DNA from: a virus
Taxonomy: Duplodnaviria > Caudoviricetes
Virus record (IMG/VR): IMGVR_UViG_3300049477_000096
Coordinates: 1 to 41,825 of that record
Reading direction: 5' to 3' (one strand)
Length of the DNA: 41,825 nt
The first letter of the stretch is position 1; every line of letters starts with the position of its first letter. Under the pieces are notes generated by a model that was not told where the DNA came from, ran no database searches, and saw nothing but the letters and a program-made list of their open reading frames with translations. Both the position numbers and the translations under genes were made by a program. Below are positions 8,332 through 18,866 of the stretch, one piece after another.

Positions 8332-8457
8332 AGAAGTTATGCTAGCTCGTATAAACCAACACTACCACCATTGGGTAGTGTGTTCAAGTTGGTTATCCAC
8401 AGTTAGTGGGACTTGTAGTGGCGCCATGCGGACCACGCAATAGAGCCAAATACAACG

Positions 8458-8930
8458 CTATAGAGTATCATCGTAAACAAGTTTTCCATGCATTTTAATG
8501 TAGAACGACGTGTACCATGCGTCAAATCCTTGTCGCTGGAATATCTCATATGACACCTTGATGTTGAACGCTGGGTCATACAGTTGTTCAACGGTGTACC
8601 CATGAATACATCCGACGTTCATTAATCCGTGAGAACCGTTACAGGTTTCGTGCGAGTCCACCCAGTTTGAACTGGTAGTGAAGCCCCCACTTTCGTGCTC
8701 ACAAATGGCAAGCATGGTTGGTACGTTCCAATCATACTGCTCGAATAAATCTCGATACTGACTACAACCCCCAACGTCCATCGTGACCGTCGTTGTCGCG
8801 GACGTGGGGGTTAGAGTTTTGACGGCTCCTCAGGAGTTATTGGAGTCGAGCCTACATACTGTGCTCCTACAAACATGCCAATGGCAAGTAGAGAAAGAAA
8901 GAGCACGCGGAGTGCTAATGTTTTTGACAT
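8458..8930 (-). CDS. Membrane-anchored lytic transglycosylase (SLT), split by a -1 frameshift at ~8820
   Basis: 8930-8811 encodes a 39-aa signal/TM peptide. The -1 frame encodes an SLT domain (AICEHESG, SHGLMNV, LYDPAFNI, GFDAW). Confidence 0.8.
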
Positions 8931-9006
8931 AAGTTATGTTAAGGATAATCCTTCAACAATACTAGTATACCCTAGTATCCACTTGCAACAGGGTTATCCA
9001 CATGGT

Positions 9007-9240
9007 CTAAATACCAGACCAAATAACGACAAAAGTGAACTTCGTCTGGCTACCAATTCGCTGTTCTATGCTCTGGTCGCACTCAAAGCAGTAGTTGCCG
9101 AACAACCTATAGCGCGCGAGTGATTGTTCAATGGGTTCTTCGCATATAACACAAGCGCCCTTCAATACAGGAGGGCGCTCGTTACAGTAGTAGCACGAAC
9201 CTTCGTCGAGAGTCTTCACATCACAGTCAGGACATCTCAT
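9007..9240 (-). CDS. Double Zn-finger protein; second finger resembles DksA/TraR C4 type
   Basis: CPDC...CYYC and CVICEEPIEQSLARYRLFGNYCFECDQSIE. Confidence 0.6.
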   Translation of the reverse strand: MRCPDCDVKTLDEGSCYYCNERPPVLKGACVICEEPIEQSLARYRLFGNYCFECDQSIEQRIGSQTKFTFVVIWSGI

Positions 9241-9321
9241 AGCATCTTTCCAAAAACAATACCTGCAAAGAACGCCAGCATATTCATCAGTGAACAAAAT
9301 GCTGGTAGTCCTGTGTCCATG

Positions 9322-9522
9322 TTATTTACGGAACAGACCAAGAACGAGGTCTGACCTACGGAACTGTCCCCACACCGCAAGCACGAAGCCTACGACGGTT
9401 ATCAGTGCTTCAATAAACGCTCCTACGGATGTCTCATCCATCTCAATACCTACGAGGCTGAACAGGTATACGAGGGCAAGTACTGCCCATCCTGTTCCCG
9501 CCATTGAAATTGCGTTGAACAT
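9322..9522 (-). CDS. Holin-like protein with two transmembrane helices
   Basis: Two hydrophobic helices and a basic C-terminus; TAATG-coupled to the endolysin. Confidence 0.7.
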   Translation of the reverse strand: MFNAISMAGTGWAVLALVYLFSLVGIEMDETSVGAFIEALITVVGFVLAVWGQFRRSDLVLGLFRK

Positions 9523-10127
9523 TATAGTCCTATTTGTTTTAGTAATTCCCCAAACTGCCACAAGGTCTTATCCTGCCGTTGTGAGGCAAGCTTCAACACC
9601 TTTGTGGACTTCAGTGTAGGGTCGAGGAAGTAGGGTAGCGGGTCTATCGCACCGAAGTATCCGTTGTCATAGTTCTGCACCTTACCGTCTTTGTAGAGTC
9701 GTAGTCCAAAGTGGACGTGAGTACCTGCATAAGGATTAACCTCCCAGTAGGGAGTGTTGCCTGAGACTACAAAACCTGTATTCCCCATCTGTGCGAGGAA
9801 CTGCCCCTCCTTCACTAACTGTCCTTCAGTGACGAAGATGTTTGAACAATGTCCGTAGGTCCACTGGCGCTTACCGTCGGTACTGCGGAAGCGGACGTGC
9901 TTCCCGTACCCACCTGCGTCTGTCTTTACGTCAGTTACTTTTCCGTTTTCCACAGCAAACATATGCTCACCCCATGGGCGAACTATATCTATACCATTGT
10001 GTGCCTTGAGAGGTACACCGTTGATAATGACGTTCTTGCTGTACAGTTCAGGATTTTCCCCGAACCACTGTGTCACATCGCCGAGTGGGTACTTTGCCCA
10101 CCGCAGGTTTTTTACTGGTGGTTTCAT
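9522..10127 (-). CDS. M23 peptidase endolysin
   Basis: HNGID, GGYG, YGH, MGNTG, HVHF, IDPLPY motifs. Confidence 0.9.
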   Translation of the reverse strand: MKPPVKNLRWAKYPLGDVTQWFGENPELYSKNVIINGVPLKAHNGIDIVRPWGEHMFAVENGKVTDVKTDAGGYGKHVRFRSTDGKRQWTYGHCSNIFVTEGQLVKEGQFLAQMGNTGFVVSGNTPYWEVNPYAGTHVHFGLRLYKDGKVQNYDNGYFGAIDPLPYFLDPTLKSTKVLKLASQRQDKTLWQFGELLKQIGL

Positions 10128-10133
10128 GCATAT

Positions 10134-10179
10134 ATGATACCACACGCTTGTCAAGCCCCTGTTACTGACCTGTGGATAA
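10134..10179 (-). promoter_or_regulatory. Lysis promoter CTTGACAAGCGTGTGGTATCAT plus DnaA box
   Basis: -10 at 10139-10134 places the start site on the ATG at 10127; TGTGGATAA at 10171-10179. Confidence 0.65.
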
Positions 10180-13100
10180 CTGGCTCTTCATGTACTGAAT
10201 CTGTTTATTTACATCTTCTGTGATGAGTTTCTTTTCCTTGTACTCCTGCCACAAGCGGTTGCGCTCTTCTGGGTCTTTGATTTCCTCTAGTTCAGAGAAG
10301 ATGTACTTCGCCCGCTCACCATTTTCTACTCCAAGGCGGAGCACCTTCCTGTCTATGTAGGTCAAACCGCGTTCGTTTTCAGCGCGTATGTCGAGGATTT
10401 TCCTAGCAAGGTCTTCATCTGTGCTCTTTATCTCTTTCCAAATCCTCTGTTTGTCCTCTGGTTGTGATGCTTCAAGCGTGGCAAAGGCTTCCTCTGCTTG
10501 CTCAAGTAACACAAGGCGTTCCCGTGACTGTTCAGTGAGAAGGTCGTCTATCTTTGCTGACTGCTCTGAACCAGCCCCAACCTCTTCTTGTGTGCGAGTC
10601 CTGAAGAACCTGCTTACAAAAGGCACGTCTTTAGCTTCAGGGGTCTCGCCAGAGATGAGAGAGTTTACCGTGTTGACTGTCTTTGAAACTGTCCTACCAG
10701 CACCTCCGATATACTGATTGTAGGCATAGTCCATGGTCTCTGGGCTGATTTCTACTCCCATTCCTGAAAGCCCCCTGCTTGCCCTAGTGAAGAGCCTTCC
10801 TGTTGCGTTGTCTTTAATATCAGAGAAGAAGCGCATGGAGTCTGGTGCGTACTTGTCGGAGTCTGGGGCAATCTTTCCACCGTACCAAGCCTTGTTGCGG
10901 AAGATTTCATTTGGTACATCTCCAATCGTCGGCATAATAGCTGACCAAACATCTGTGCCTCCGACGGGGTTGTAGCCCTCTACGAGCGATTGTGCAATCT
11001 TTGCAGTAGCTTCTCCAACGTCAGTTGCGTGACCGTTCATCACGTCTGACAACGTATCAAATGCAACCTTCATCGGCTTGATACCCCATGATACGGGAAT
11101 GACGATGTACGGAGTTGCATCGCCTTCGTCAGCAAATGGAAGCATGACGGGAAGACCATTCGTGCGGTCCCACTTCGTAACAACGTTCCTCCACTCTGGG
11201 TCAACGCTATCGTTGTACTCATTTATAGCGAATACTGAACTTCCAACCGTGAGTGCTGTTGCGCCGAGAACCTTGGGGTTTTTCATCGCGCGCAGGAACT
11301 TCGCAGAACCCTGTATTGAAGCGTTGGAGAACATCCATAGTGCGTTGATGACTGGTCCTCCTGTTCCCATCTTGTTGAAGTTGATGGTTGCCTCCTTTGC
11401 CATGCGCGCTGCTTGTGGTCGGGACATGCCGTTAGCGAGAGCGGTCTTGTACACGGATAATCGTGTGGACTCTTCAAATATCTTGTTAAAGTTGTCTACG
11501 GTCTCAATAATCCTCGTCGCTGCTTGGCGTGGTTTACTGCGGTTTAGCTTCCGTAGTGAAGCTATATCGAGGCGGACATCACCAACGGTCTGGGCGAGGT
11601 AGCCACCTGTTGAACCTCCGTCCTTCAGCATTTGTTGGTAGAGCTGTACGTCTGCGTCTTGAAGCATACGTGGGTCGCGCTTTCCTTTGAGGAACTTGCG
11701 AACCGTGTTCATACTTCCTGCTCCAAGCTCCTTCGGGTCAAGTGCTACTTTCAACGCACCAGCTCCTTGACCTTGTGCCGCGGCGTAGATAACTGCTTCC
11801 TGAAGGTCGCGGAGTTTGTTAGTGAGGGCAAACTCTGGGTTGAACCGTGTAGCGAGTCCTGAATAGAAACGGGTGAAGGCGTTGACTCCCTTAAGGAGAC
11901 CTGGGAGGTGTTGTGCGTTGATACCACGTAGCGCTGCTGCGAGGTGTGGGTCGTCAAACTCAATGAACGTCCGCTTTCCGTCTTCAAAGAACTGAAACAC
12001 CTTCGGGTCGTTGGTCTGTTCCATGAGTGGCTGGCGTACACCGTTCGCGTCTGCAAACGCCTCACCAACAGCTTTCGGGCGACGTATCTTAATCCCTTCA
12101 ATCTGTGGGTTGTTCCTTACAAAACGTGCAAAGGCATTAGCTACTCGGTTCTTCTCTGCGCGGACAACGGCTTGTTCAAAGTTGTACACAACGTTCTCCA
12201 TGATGTCTGCTACAGCACGGTTACTTCCCTTTGCCCTCTTGATACCCGTGGAACGAACATCAGCTCCGCTTGCGGAAAGAGCACCACCAATGTCTTCGGT
12301 CTCTTCAAAGACGCGCTGAAGCGGTACGTGTTGCTTGTAGCGGTCACGGAGGGTTTTGTAGAGCTTGTCGTCTATCACCTTGCCTTCTTTAAGAATGTCG
12401 AGTGTCTGGTTGTGCAGGTCTTTTACCTCTTGTGCGATACGCTTAATATCGTCTCGTAGGGGAGATTTTTCAACTGCCGCTATAATCTCATCTGCCCGTG
12501 CAACGGTCATAGGAAGAGCGTTCTCACCAACAGCGGCGATGCGTTCTCCTGCGTGGAGAGCAACGAGGTAATCATTCACCTCATCAAGAAGCTGTGTATC
12601 TTCTACGTTTGAGCGCTTGGCGGTATCAAGGATGTCGAGGTCTATCTTGTTAGCGGCGTCCCGACCTTCTTCCAATCGTGAACCAATGCGACCAGCCATG
12701 TTGATTTCTGCTGTGTATGGGTCTGCGTCATCCACTACCTTCGCGCCTTCAGATTGCTGAAGCTTCTTAATGCGTATCCAGTCGTCTTCAACTACTTCAC
12801 GAAGCTTGAGTATTTGGTCCCCAGCCCAGTCGCGGAAACGGTTGTTTGCCGCGGCACGTTTAGCGAGGTCGCCCTCACCCTGTATCGCGTTCAGTATGTC
12901 GTGTACTGGCTCATCTATCTTACTTGCTCCACGAACTGCTGTTTCTGCCCCGCGCAATCCAGTCCTGATGGCAGTAGTAACAGGCTTCGATGCTCCGAGT
13001 GAGGAAACGTCGAGTACAAAAAACAACTTGTCAATATTTTCCCATTTCTTTATTGAAGCTATTGCCTCGCGTTCTTTTTCGTTTAGCCCATCTTCAGTTG

Positions 13101-13749
13101 GACCAGCAATTTTACGAACCATGCTATCAACAACACCGCTACCATCAACCTCGCGGAGTCCTATCTTCACAGCAGTATCGTAATCCGTTCCCGTCTCTAG
13201 TAGAGCGCCAATGTATTCATTTAAGCGTTCCCTCTTTGATTTGAAAATTGAACCAGAGAATACTTCTGCGACGCTCTTCACCAATCCTTTCTGCTTTACC
13301 AGACCAACCGCGTCCCTGTTTGGTACTTGACCTGATAGGTCGGGCTGAAGTTCTGGGTCGCCCATCAGTCCTTGTGCTATTGGGTCATACACACGTTCCG
13401 CAACGCTCTCTGGTAGTACGTTGCGTATCTTGCTTCCGAGAGAGGGTTTAGCCGCGCTTATTTCTGCTCCCACAGGACGGGTGAGTGTTGTTCCCCTCTC
13501 GCTTATCTGTTGCAGTTCCGCTGTGTTGTTTACTCCTAGTGAAACTGGTGCGCGCCTCTTTGAGACCTCTCGTATAAGGTTGAGCGTCGGGGTAGCGTCA
13601 CGCATTATCTGCTCCCTGCGGAGACGTTCCTTCTCATCTTCATCATCTTTAATTCGCTTATCTACAAAGGCACGGGCGGCGCTACCAAAGCCACCAACCT
13701 GTGTTTGGTTCTGTTTCCGAAACTCCGTTGAGGCGTCTCCGAAAGCCAT
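10162..13749 (-). CDS. Large internal virion/DNA ejection protein with LPD38-like C-terminal region
   Basis: 1195 aa, helical, last gene of the virion module; INFNKMG...INALWMFSNASIQG motif. Confidence 0.7.
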   Translation of the reverse strand: MAFGDASTEFRKQNQTQVGGFGSAARAFVDKRIKDDEDEKERLRREQIMRDATPTLNLIREVSKRRAPVSLGVNNTAELQQISERGTTLTRPVGAEISAAKPSLGSKIRNVLPESVAERVYDPIAQGLMGDPELQPDLSGQVPNRDAVGLVKQKGLVKSVAEVFSGSIFKSKRERLNEYIGALLETGTDYDTAVKIGLREVDGSGVVDSMVRKIAGPTEDGLNEKEREAIASIKKWENIDKLFFVLDVSSLGASKPVTTAIRTGLRGAETAVRGASKIDEPVHDILNAIQGEGDLAKRAAANNRFRDWAGDQILKLREVVEDDWIRIKKLQQSEGAKVVDDADPYTAEINMAGRIGSRLEEGRDAANKIDLDILDTAKRSNVEDTQLLDEVNDYLVALHAGERIAAVGENALPMTVARADEIIAAVEKSPLRDDIKRIAQEVKDLHNQTLDILKEGKVIDDKLYKTLRDRYKQHVPLQRVFEETEDIGGALSASGADVRSTGIKRAKGSNRAVADIMENVVYNFEQAVVRAEKNRVANAFARFVRNNPQIEGIKIRRPKAVGEAFADANGVRQPLMEQTNDPKVFQFFEDGKRTFIEFDDPHLAAALRGINAQHLPGLLKGVNAFTRFYSGLATRFNPEFALTNKLRDLQEAVIYAAAQGQGAGALKVALDPKELGAGSMNTVRKFLKGKRDPRMLQDADVQLYQQMLKDGGSTGGYLAQTVGDVRLDIASLRKLNRSKPRQAATRIIETVDNFNKIFEESTRLSVYKTALANGMSRPQAARMAKEATINFNKMGTGGPVINALWMFSNASIQGSAKFLRAMKNPKVLGATALTVGSSVFAINEYNDSVDPEWRNVVTKWDRTNGLPVMLPFADEGDATPYIVIPVSWGIKPMKVAFDTLSDVMNGHATDVGEATAKIAQSLVEGYNPVGGTDVWSAIMPTIGDVPNEIFRNKAWYGGKIAPDSDKYAPDSMRFFSDIKDNATGRLFTRASRGLSGMGVEISPETMDYAYNQYIGGAGRTVSKTVNTVNSLISGETPEAKDVPFVSRFFRTRTQEEVGAGSEQSAKIDDLLTEQSRERLVLLEQAEEAFATLEASQPEDKQRIWKEIKSTDEDLARKILDIRAENERGLTYIDRKVLRLGVENGERAKYIFSELEEIKDPEERNRLWQEYKEKKLITEDVNKQIQYMKSQLSTGQ

Positions 13750-13751
13750 AG

Positions 13752-15134
13752 TTAGTAGGTGTCTGGTATTCCGTCGCTCTTTCCGCTCATGTATTTATCC
13801 TTGAACCATTTTGGTACTGTAGGGTCGCTAGGGTTGAGCCAGTGTGAGGGGAAGTACTTAACGAAGTCACCTTCTAGTCCACCGTCTGATGTCCAGTTTG
13901 AAAGCTCACTAAAGTAAAGCGGAGTGTTTACATACTCATCGCGTCCTGCCCAGTCCTTTGAAGCCTGAAGGGTTGCGGTGGTAGCCTGTACTGTTGACTT
14001 CGGGAAGGTGGCTGCGCCACTCTTGATGAAGTTGTCACTTGTTCCCCCTGTATCCTTGAGCTTGGCTCCATACTTCGTTACGGCTGATTGTAGTGAGCCT
14101 GTGCGGAGGATGTCTGCTGCGCCCGCGCCATCTCCTGTAGCTTTGAGATAGTCCTGTGCGAAGTCAATGAGCTGGCTCTTCTCGTCTTTAGCTGCGTCGA
14201 GGGCGTTCTGTCGGTCTTGAAGCATAAGCTCCGCCGCTGCAAGTCTTGCAGCAGCTTGGTCTTTGGACTGTCCTGTGAGTGAGTCAATACGAGCCTGTTC
14301 TAGTTTAATCCGTTGTTCAAATATCTTCAGCTCCCTATCTTGGTCAGCGAACTCAAACTCCATGAGCTTGGTTGCGTTCTGTTCAATCATCTGAAGGTTG
14401 CCTGAAAGTGTAGCCTGAATGAGCGCCTCTGCACCAATCTCTGCGGTAAGCTGTCGCTCGACTGGGTTGAGTCTGGCTTCAGCACCAATACGAGTCTGCC
14501 CCGCCTCACCTTCTATCTGTGGGCGTATCTTCATTTGTTCTCCACGCAAGCGCGCAAGGCGTTCATTGGAGTCCATGAGAGCTGTCTGGGCATCGCCGTA
14601 TCCTCCCTTATCAAGAAGCCCTTGGTATTTATCAGCAGAGCTTTTTCCACCAAGTAATCCTGAAAGGTATTGACCAGCTTTGTCGAGCATAGAACGTTCA
14701 CCTTCGTAGGCTTTCGTAAGGTTGGGGTCTTGTTCGGGGAACATAAATCCTGCTATGGAAGCTGCGTCTGCGGCGGAAGTTCCCTGTGAGGTGAGATAGC
14801 TTTGGAATTGCTGTCCTGCGGTTTGCGTGGCATCCATGGAGTTTCGCTTATCCTTTACGTCCTCCATCGTAAGCCCGCCGTTTAATGCACCATTAGGAAC
14901 ACTTGTCGGCACAGTCACTCTATACCCTGAAGCAAGCGAGTTAGCACCCTGCGTGTAGGAACCAGCCTGTTCAGCCGTGATTGATGTACTCTTACCTGAA
15001 GGGTCTACGAGTGAGTATCCTGACGTAGTAGATGAGGGTTTAGATGGCGCAGGGTCAAGCGCTTTTTGCACCGACGCAATCTTCTTGTCTGTGTACAGAC
15101 CTGTCTTAGCGAGCGCTTGGTAATCTACTGCCAT
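13752..15134 (-). CDS. Internal virion/ejection protein
   Basis: 460 aa, Ala/Gln/Gly-rich coiled coil, between the nozzle and the large ejection protein. Confidence 0.6.
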   Translation of the reverse strand: MAVDYQALAKTGLYTDKKIASVQKALDPAPSKPSSTTSGYSLVDPSGKSTSITAEQAGSYTQGANSLASGYRVTVPTSVPNGALNGGLTMEDVKDKRNSMDATQTAGQQFQSYLTSQGTSAADAASIAGFMFPEQDPNLTKAYEGERSMLDKAGQYLSGLLGGKSSADKYQGLLDKGGYGDAQTALMDSNERLARLRGEQMKIRPQIEGEAGQTRIGAEARLNPVERQLTAEIGAEALIQATLSGNLQMIEQNATKLMEFEFADQDRELKIFEQRIKLEQARIDSLTGQSKDQAAARLAAAELMLQDRQNALDAAKDEKSQLIDFAQDYLKATGDGAGAADILRTGSLQSAVTKYGAKLKDTGGTSDNFIKSGAATFPKSTVQATTATLQASKDWAGRDEYVNTPLYFSELSNWTSDGGLEGDFVKYFPSHWLNPSDPTVPKWFKDKYMSGKSDGIPDTY

Positions 15135-15135
15135 A

Positions 15136-16917
15136 TTACTGTTGTTTAGTTGGTATTATATCAATCTCTTCTAATATAGGACTGTCTCCACCGTCGCTCC
15201 TCAATTCTACCAGAACTTGTATCCATGCCGATGAACTACTTGGGACTGTGTACTTCCGATACCCAACGAGCTGGTCATTGAATGAGTCTAGCTTTTTCCA
15301 GTTGTGGAAGCGCACTTTACCTGTCTCTGTACCAGCGATACCAGTAATGCTTTCATCTAGGTCAATCGTGTATGTCGGATTTGCATAGCTGATGTTGGTG
15401 ACGTGCGCCCTACACCCACCACCGTCTCCCTGTATCACTTCACACTCATTCCCAACCACCACGTTGGCACACGATGTGTCAGTTGTAGTAAATGTATTAG
15501 CGTCAGTCCATGTGGAGGTTGCAGTAAATGGGAGGTTTGGGTCTTCCCTGGTGCGGTATTTCAATACGATGCTGTCACCAGCGTTCTTCATTGGTTCGTA
15601 CTTTAATCTAATCTCCCAGTTGTGTGACGTGTCAGGCGCGTGTATTTGGTTCGTAACCAGTGAACCACGCCTATCTGAACCACCAACGATGTCATCATAG
15701 AAGATGCCTATACCTGTCGAGGATGAGTTTGTATAGTATCCACTTGAAGCGACGAGTTGCGCTCCGTCGTTTGATGCTGAGTATCGGGCTTCAAATAAGG
15801 CTCCTGGTGTTTCGTCTAGGGACGTACCAGCCAGCCTCCTCTGTCCAAAGTCAACGGAACCAGTCTTGTCCAATGTTATGACGTGTTTATTCGTGAATGA
15901 ACCCGTGTCAGGATTGTACTCCCAGATACCAGCGCCGCCGTATTCAGGAAGCTCGTCCGTTTCACCAGCACTAGGGTCAGCAAGAATAAGCACCTTTCCT
16001 CTAAACGAGAGCATCCCCTTGTGTCCAACAAAGCCACCACCAAGGTATTCAATATCGTCTAATCCTGGTGTCGTGTATCGTGTGTTATAGACAGGAAATT
16101 GTGCGACACGTTTCAATCCACCACCCTCAAGCCGTAGAAGCGCACCGTCGCTGTCCACGGTGTATAGTGTGTCTTCATGCATAACCCCACTCAATGTGCC
16201 GCGAGATTGCAGTTTATATGCGCGGGTAGGAACAGTGTCTCCACCGTCCCACTCATAGACATAGCTGTGACCGATGTTCTCTGCAACATTGATGGTGCCT
16301 ATGTATACACGGGAATTACCGCCAACAATCCAGCGTATGCGTTGTGTCGTATCAAGCGTGAGCTTTTGTGAGTTTCCAGTAGTTCCTCCTGTTACCGTTG
16401 CAAGGTAGTAGTCGTTCCCTATGCAGAGCATCGGCGACCCAATGTTCACTACTGCCATTGGGTGCATTTTTGCTGAAACGAGCGTCGCACCAGTACAGAC
16501 TGATGTGTACCAATCAGGGTCCCATGTCGTGCCATTGAACATAGCAACGTTGCGTGAAACAGACACGACCATCTGGTTGTTGAAAACAACCATGTCCGAG
16601 TAAGTCCCAGAGGCACTAGGAGTATCTGTGATTGCATCCTGCGTCCACACCCCAGTGGGGTCGAGTGTGGGTGATTTCCACACATTGTCAGCAACACCCC
16701 AATATTTCTCGTCGTAATAGACTATGCTGTTTAGGCGCGTTGTGAGGTCTACGTCATCTGTATTGTTTGTGGATTGCATCATTCGTGGCGCGGGCATGGC
16801 CTTTCCTGGTCTCCTCGCAAAGTCAATACCAAAGCTCCCTGCAATATTTGCAGTAATGTCGCGAACACCGTTGTTCTTCTGCACGAATATAGGATTGTTG
16901 GGATTGGGGATTTTCAT
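15136..16917 (-). CDS. Tail nozzle/stabilisation protein (P22 gp10 / T7 gp12-like)
   Basis: 593 aa, beta-rich propeller-like sequence; typical podovirus position. Confidence 0.6.
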   Translation of the reverse strand: MKIPNPNNPIFVQKNNGVRDITANIAGSFGIDFARRPGKAMPAPRMMQSTNNTDDVDLTTRLNSIVYYDEKYWGVADNVWKSPTLDPTGVWTQDAITDTPSASGTYSDMVVFNNQMVVSVSRNVAMFNGTTWDPDWYTSVCTGATLVSAKMHPMAVVNIGSPMLCIGNDYYLATVTGGTTGNSQKLTLDTTQRIRWIVGGNSRVYIGTINVAENIGHSYVYEWDGGDTVPTRAYKLQSRGTLSGVMHEDTLYTVDSDGALLRLEGGGLKRVAQFPVYNTRYTTPGLDDIEYLGGGFVGHKGMLSFRGKVLILADPSAGETDELPEYGGAGIWEYNPDTGSFTNKHVITLDKTGSVDFGQRRLAGTSLDETPGALFEARYSASNDGAQLVASSGYYTNSSSTGIGIFYDDIVGGSDRRGSLVTNQIHAPDTSHNWEIRLKYEPMKNAGDSIVLKYRTREDPNLPFTATSTWTDANTFTTTDTSCANVVVGNECEVIQGDGGGCRAHVTNISYANPTYTIDLDESITGIAGTETGKVRFHNWKKLDSFNDQLVGYRKYTVPSSSSAWIQVLVELRSDGGDSPILEEIDIIPTKQQ

Positions 16918-17153
16918 GAGAGAGGTGAGAACTTGTTGTAATACGGTATGGCGCGTCTAATTCCGTTCTGTGTAAGTATGAGGTATTTAACTGTTGCTCC
17001 TGATGCAAGTGTTGCAGCGGTGCGGTCAAAAAGGTAGTTCTTTAGGTGCTCTATCTCTTCTGATGAAAGATTGGCAAAACGGTTACGCTTGAAAGTCTCA
17101 AGCTCGCGCGCCATCTCATCTATTCTACCACGCAGGATGTCGACCTCGTTCAT
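16914..17153 (-). CDS. Small virion protein
   Basis: 79 aa, ATGA-coupled on both sides. Confidence 0.6.
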   Translation of the reverse strand: MNEVDILRGRIDEMARELETFKRNRFANLSSEEIEHLKNYLFDRTAATLASGATVKYLILTQNGIRRAIPYYNKFSPLS

Positions 17154-17458
17154 AGTCGGTCAATGATTACATCTAACTTATCCTCTATTCTATCTAGCCT
17201 ATCCTGTGTAGTGTCTATCTGTCGTTGTAGGTTCTGTACGTCTGTTTGGTGTTGGGTGAGGGGTGGCACAGTTGCTACGAGTTCCTCTACTCTACCGAGG
17301 CGATACCAGCCAGCCCCAATAGCCATAACCCCAAGCGCAACAGTGACAACGTATGCACCGATTGTTCTAACCAGCATACGGTTTATCTCACTCTCAAAGA
17401 TACTGGTGATGACATCTATCTGTTCTTCGCTGAAATGTTCTTTGGGGTCGTGGTTCAT
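17150..17458 (-). CDS. Single-TM coiled-coil protein
   Basis: TM segment IGAYVVTVALGVMAIGAGW, then LDRIEDKLD. Confidence 0.65.
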   Translation of the reverse strand: MNHDPKEHFSEEQIDVITSIFESEINRMLVRTIGAYVVTVALGVMAIGAGWYRLGRVEELVATVPPLTQHQTDVQNLQRQIDTTQDRLDRIEDKLDVIIDRL

Positions 17459-17459
17459 A

Positions 17460-18863
17460 TTACATAAAGAATGAGGCGCGGGGAGTAAAGGTTGAGAGGG
17501 AATACGTCACCTCAATGTACGGGTCATTTGAAGCGGCTTCAGAGAAGTTAATTAGAATATAACCTTGTTGCCCTGCATTCCCTGGGTCTGTGCCTGTAAT
17601 TGCCTCGGTTGCCGAAACGCCCACTTTCGTAGTAGCAGTTTTACTTATTTTTGTTAGGTCAGAGAAGCCCCACGAACGGTACTGATTGTTGGTAAGACCT
17701 GTTGATATCGTGTTTGAACCTATGTCTGTCTTTATCCATGCAGTATGGTCTGATGTTGATAATGACGAGGTGCTTGCCTGTGATGTTTCTACGAGAGAGA
17801 ACGTGCAGGGGTTCGAGCTACCGTTTGCAGTTTGATAGGCATAGAGTGTCGCGGAAGTAACGGTAGAGCCAGAGCCTATGCCAGATGTGTCTGTTGGGAA
17901 GAAGCTGTGGTAGTGTCGCCAAGCTGATTGCTTGTCACCAATGAGTCCAGGTTGTGCTGAACCATTGGTATAGTCAGAACCGTCACCCGTGCCTTTATCA
18001 ACCGCATCAGCCCAACTCGTATTGCTTTCTGCACCAACCCAACCATCTCCTGCCCCTGGATAGTAGCTTGTAGTCGTGTCTGCACGAACAGGGTAGGTTG
18101 CGTTGAGAAGAAACGTTTTAGGCAATACCTTCGCTTGATATAGCTTATTGTTGTGCTTCTTCCAAAAGACCTTGATATTGCCCCTCTTGGGAACGATACC
18201 CTCTGCATCAATAATGTACGCAGGGCGTATGAAACTTCTGGCGATAGGGTTGAGTTCTTCTGGTATCTCAAAGCCGTTTTCGCTTTCAAGATAGGTGTCT
18301 TTATCCCACTCGGTCTGTCCAGCAAGAACCTTCAGCCCGTTCCCACCGTATTCAAAGAGAGCTACAAGTTTATGATTGACCGTTGGTGGGTTTTCCAGTT
18401 TGTTGAGAGCGTCAATGACAATCTCTTTCTTGAAACCAGAACGCATTAGCGTTATCTCAAAGTGTATACCGTCACCGAAAGCGTCTGTATAGCGAATAAC
18501 ACCACCATTGAGTACACCTTGAACGGCTTGCTGGTTACGGAATACTTGGAAGTCGGAGAAGTCGGTTGCATTGACCCACGCAAGCATCTTCGGTTCGTAG
18601 GTAATGGTGTGATTTGCACCCTCGTAGTGGTTCTCATACTTGATGAGAAGTGGTGCGCTGAAGTCCTTGAAGACAGTGAGGTGGTAGTTGTGCTTATCCA
18701 TTACCCACCTATCTGTTTCATCACGGAAAGAAATGTCGCTGTCTAGGAATACTCCATTATCCTTGTGGTGGATATGACCAACGTGGGCATCCATCGTGAA
18801 TGTTCCGTCACCGTTGTCAAAGTGTTTTGCATTATATGACCTCTTGCCAGCGAGTTCACTCAT
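17460..18863 (-). CDS. Virion-associated beta-rich protein, possibly receptor-binding
   Basis: 467 aa; C-terminal SATLYAY...FSEAASNDPYIEVTY resembles DNRLRE-type beta-sandwiches. Confidence 0.55.
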   Translation of the reverse strand: MSELAGKRSYNAKHFDNGDGTFTMDAHVGHIHHKDNGVFLDSDISFRDETDRWVMDKHNYHLTVFKDFSAPLLIKYENHYEGANHTITYEPKMLAWVNATDFSDFQVFRNQQAVQGVLNGGVIRYTDAFGDGIHFEITLMRSGFKKEIVIDALNKLENPPTVNHKLVALFEYGGNGLKVLAGQTEWDKDTYLESENGFEIPEELNPIARSFIRPAYIIDAEGIVPKRGNIKVFWKKHNNKLYQAKVLPKTFLLNATYPVRADTTTSYYPGAGDGWVGAESNTSWADAVDKGTGDGSDYTNGSAQPGLIGDKQSAWRHYHSFFPTDTSGIGSGSTVTSATLYAYQTANGSSNPCTFSLVETSQASTSSLSTSDHTAWIKTDIGSNTISTGLTNNQYRSWGFSDLTKISKTATTKVGVSATEAITGTDPGNAGQQGYILINFSEAASNDPYIEVTYSLSTFTPRASFFM

Positions 18864-18866
18864 AAG

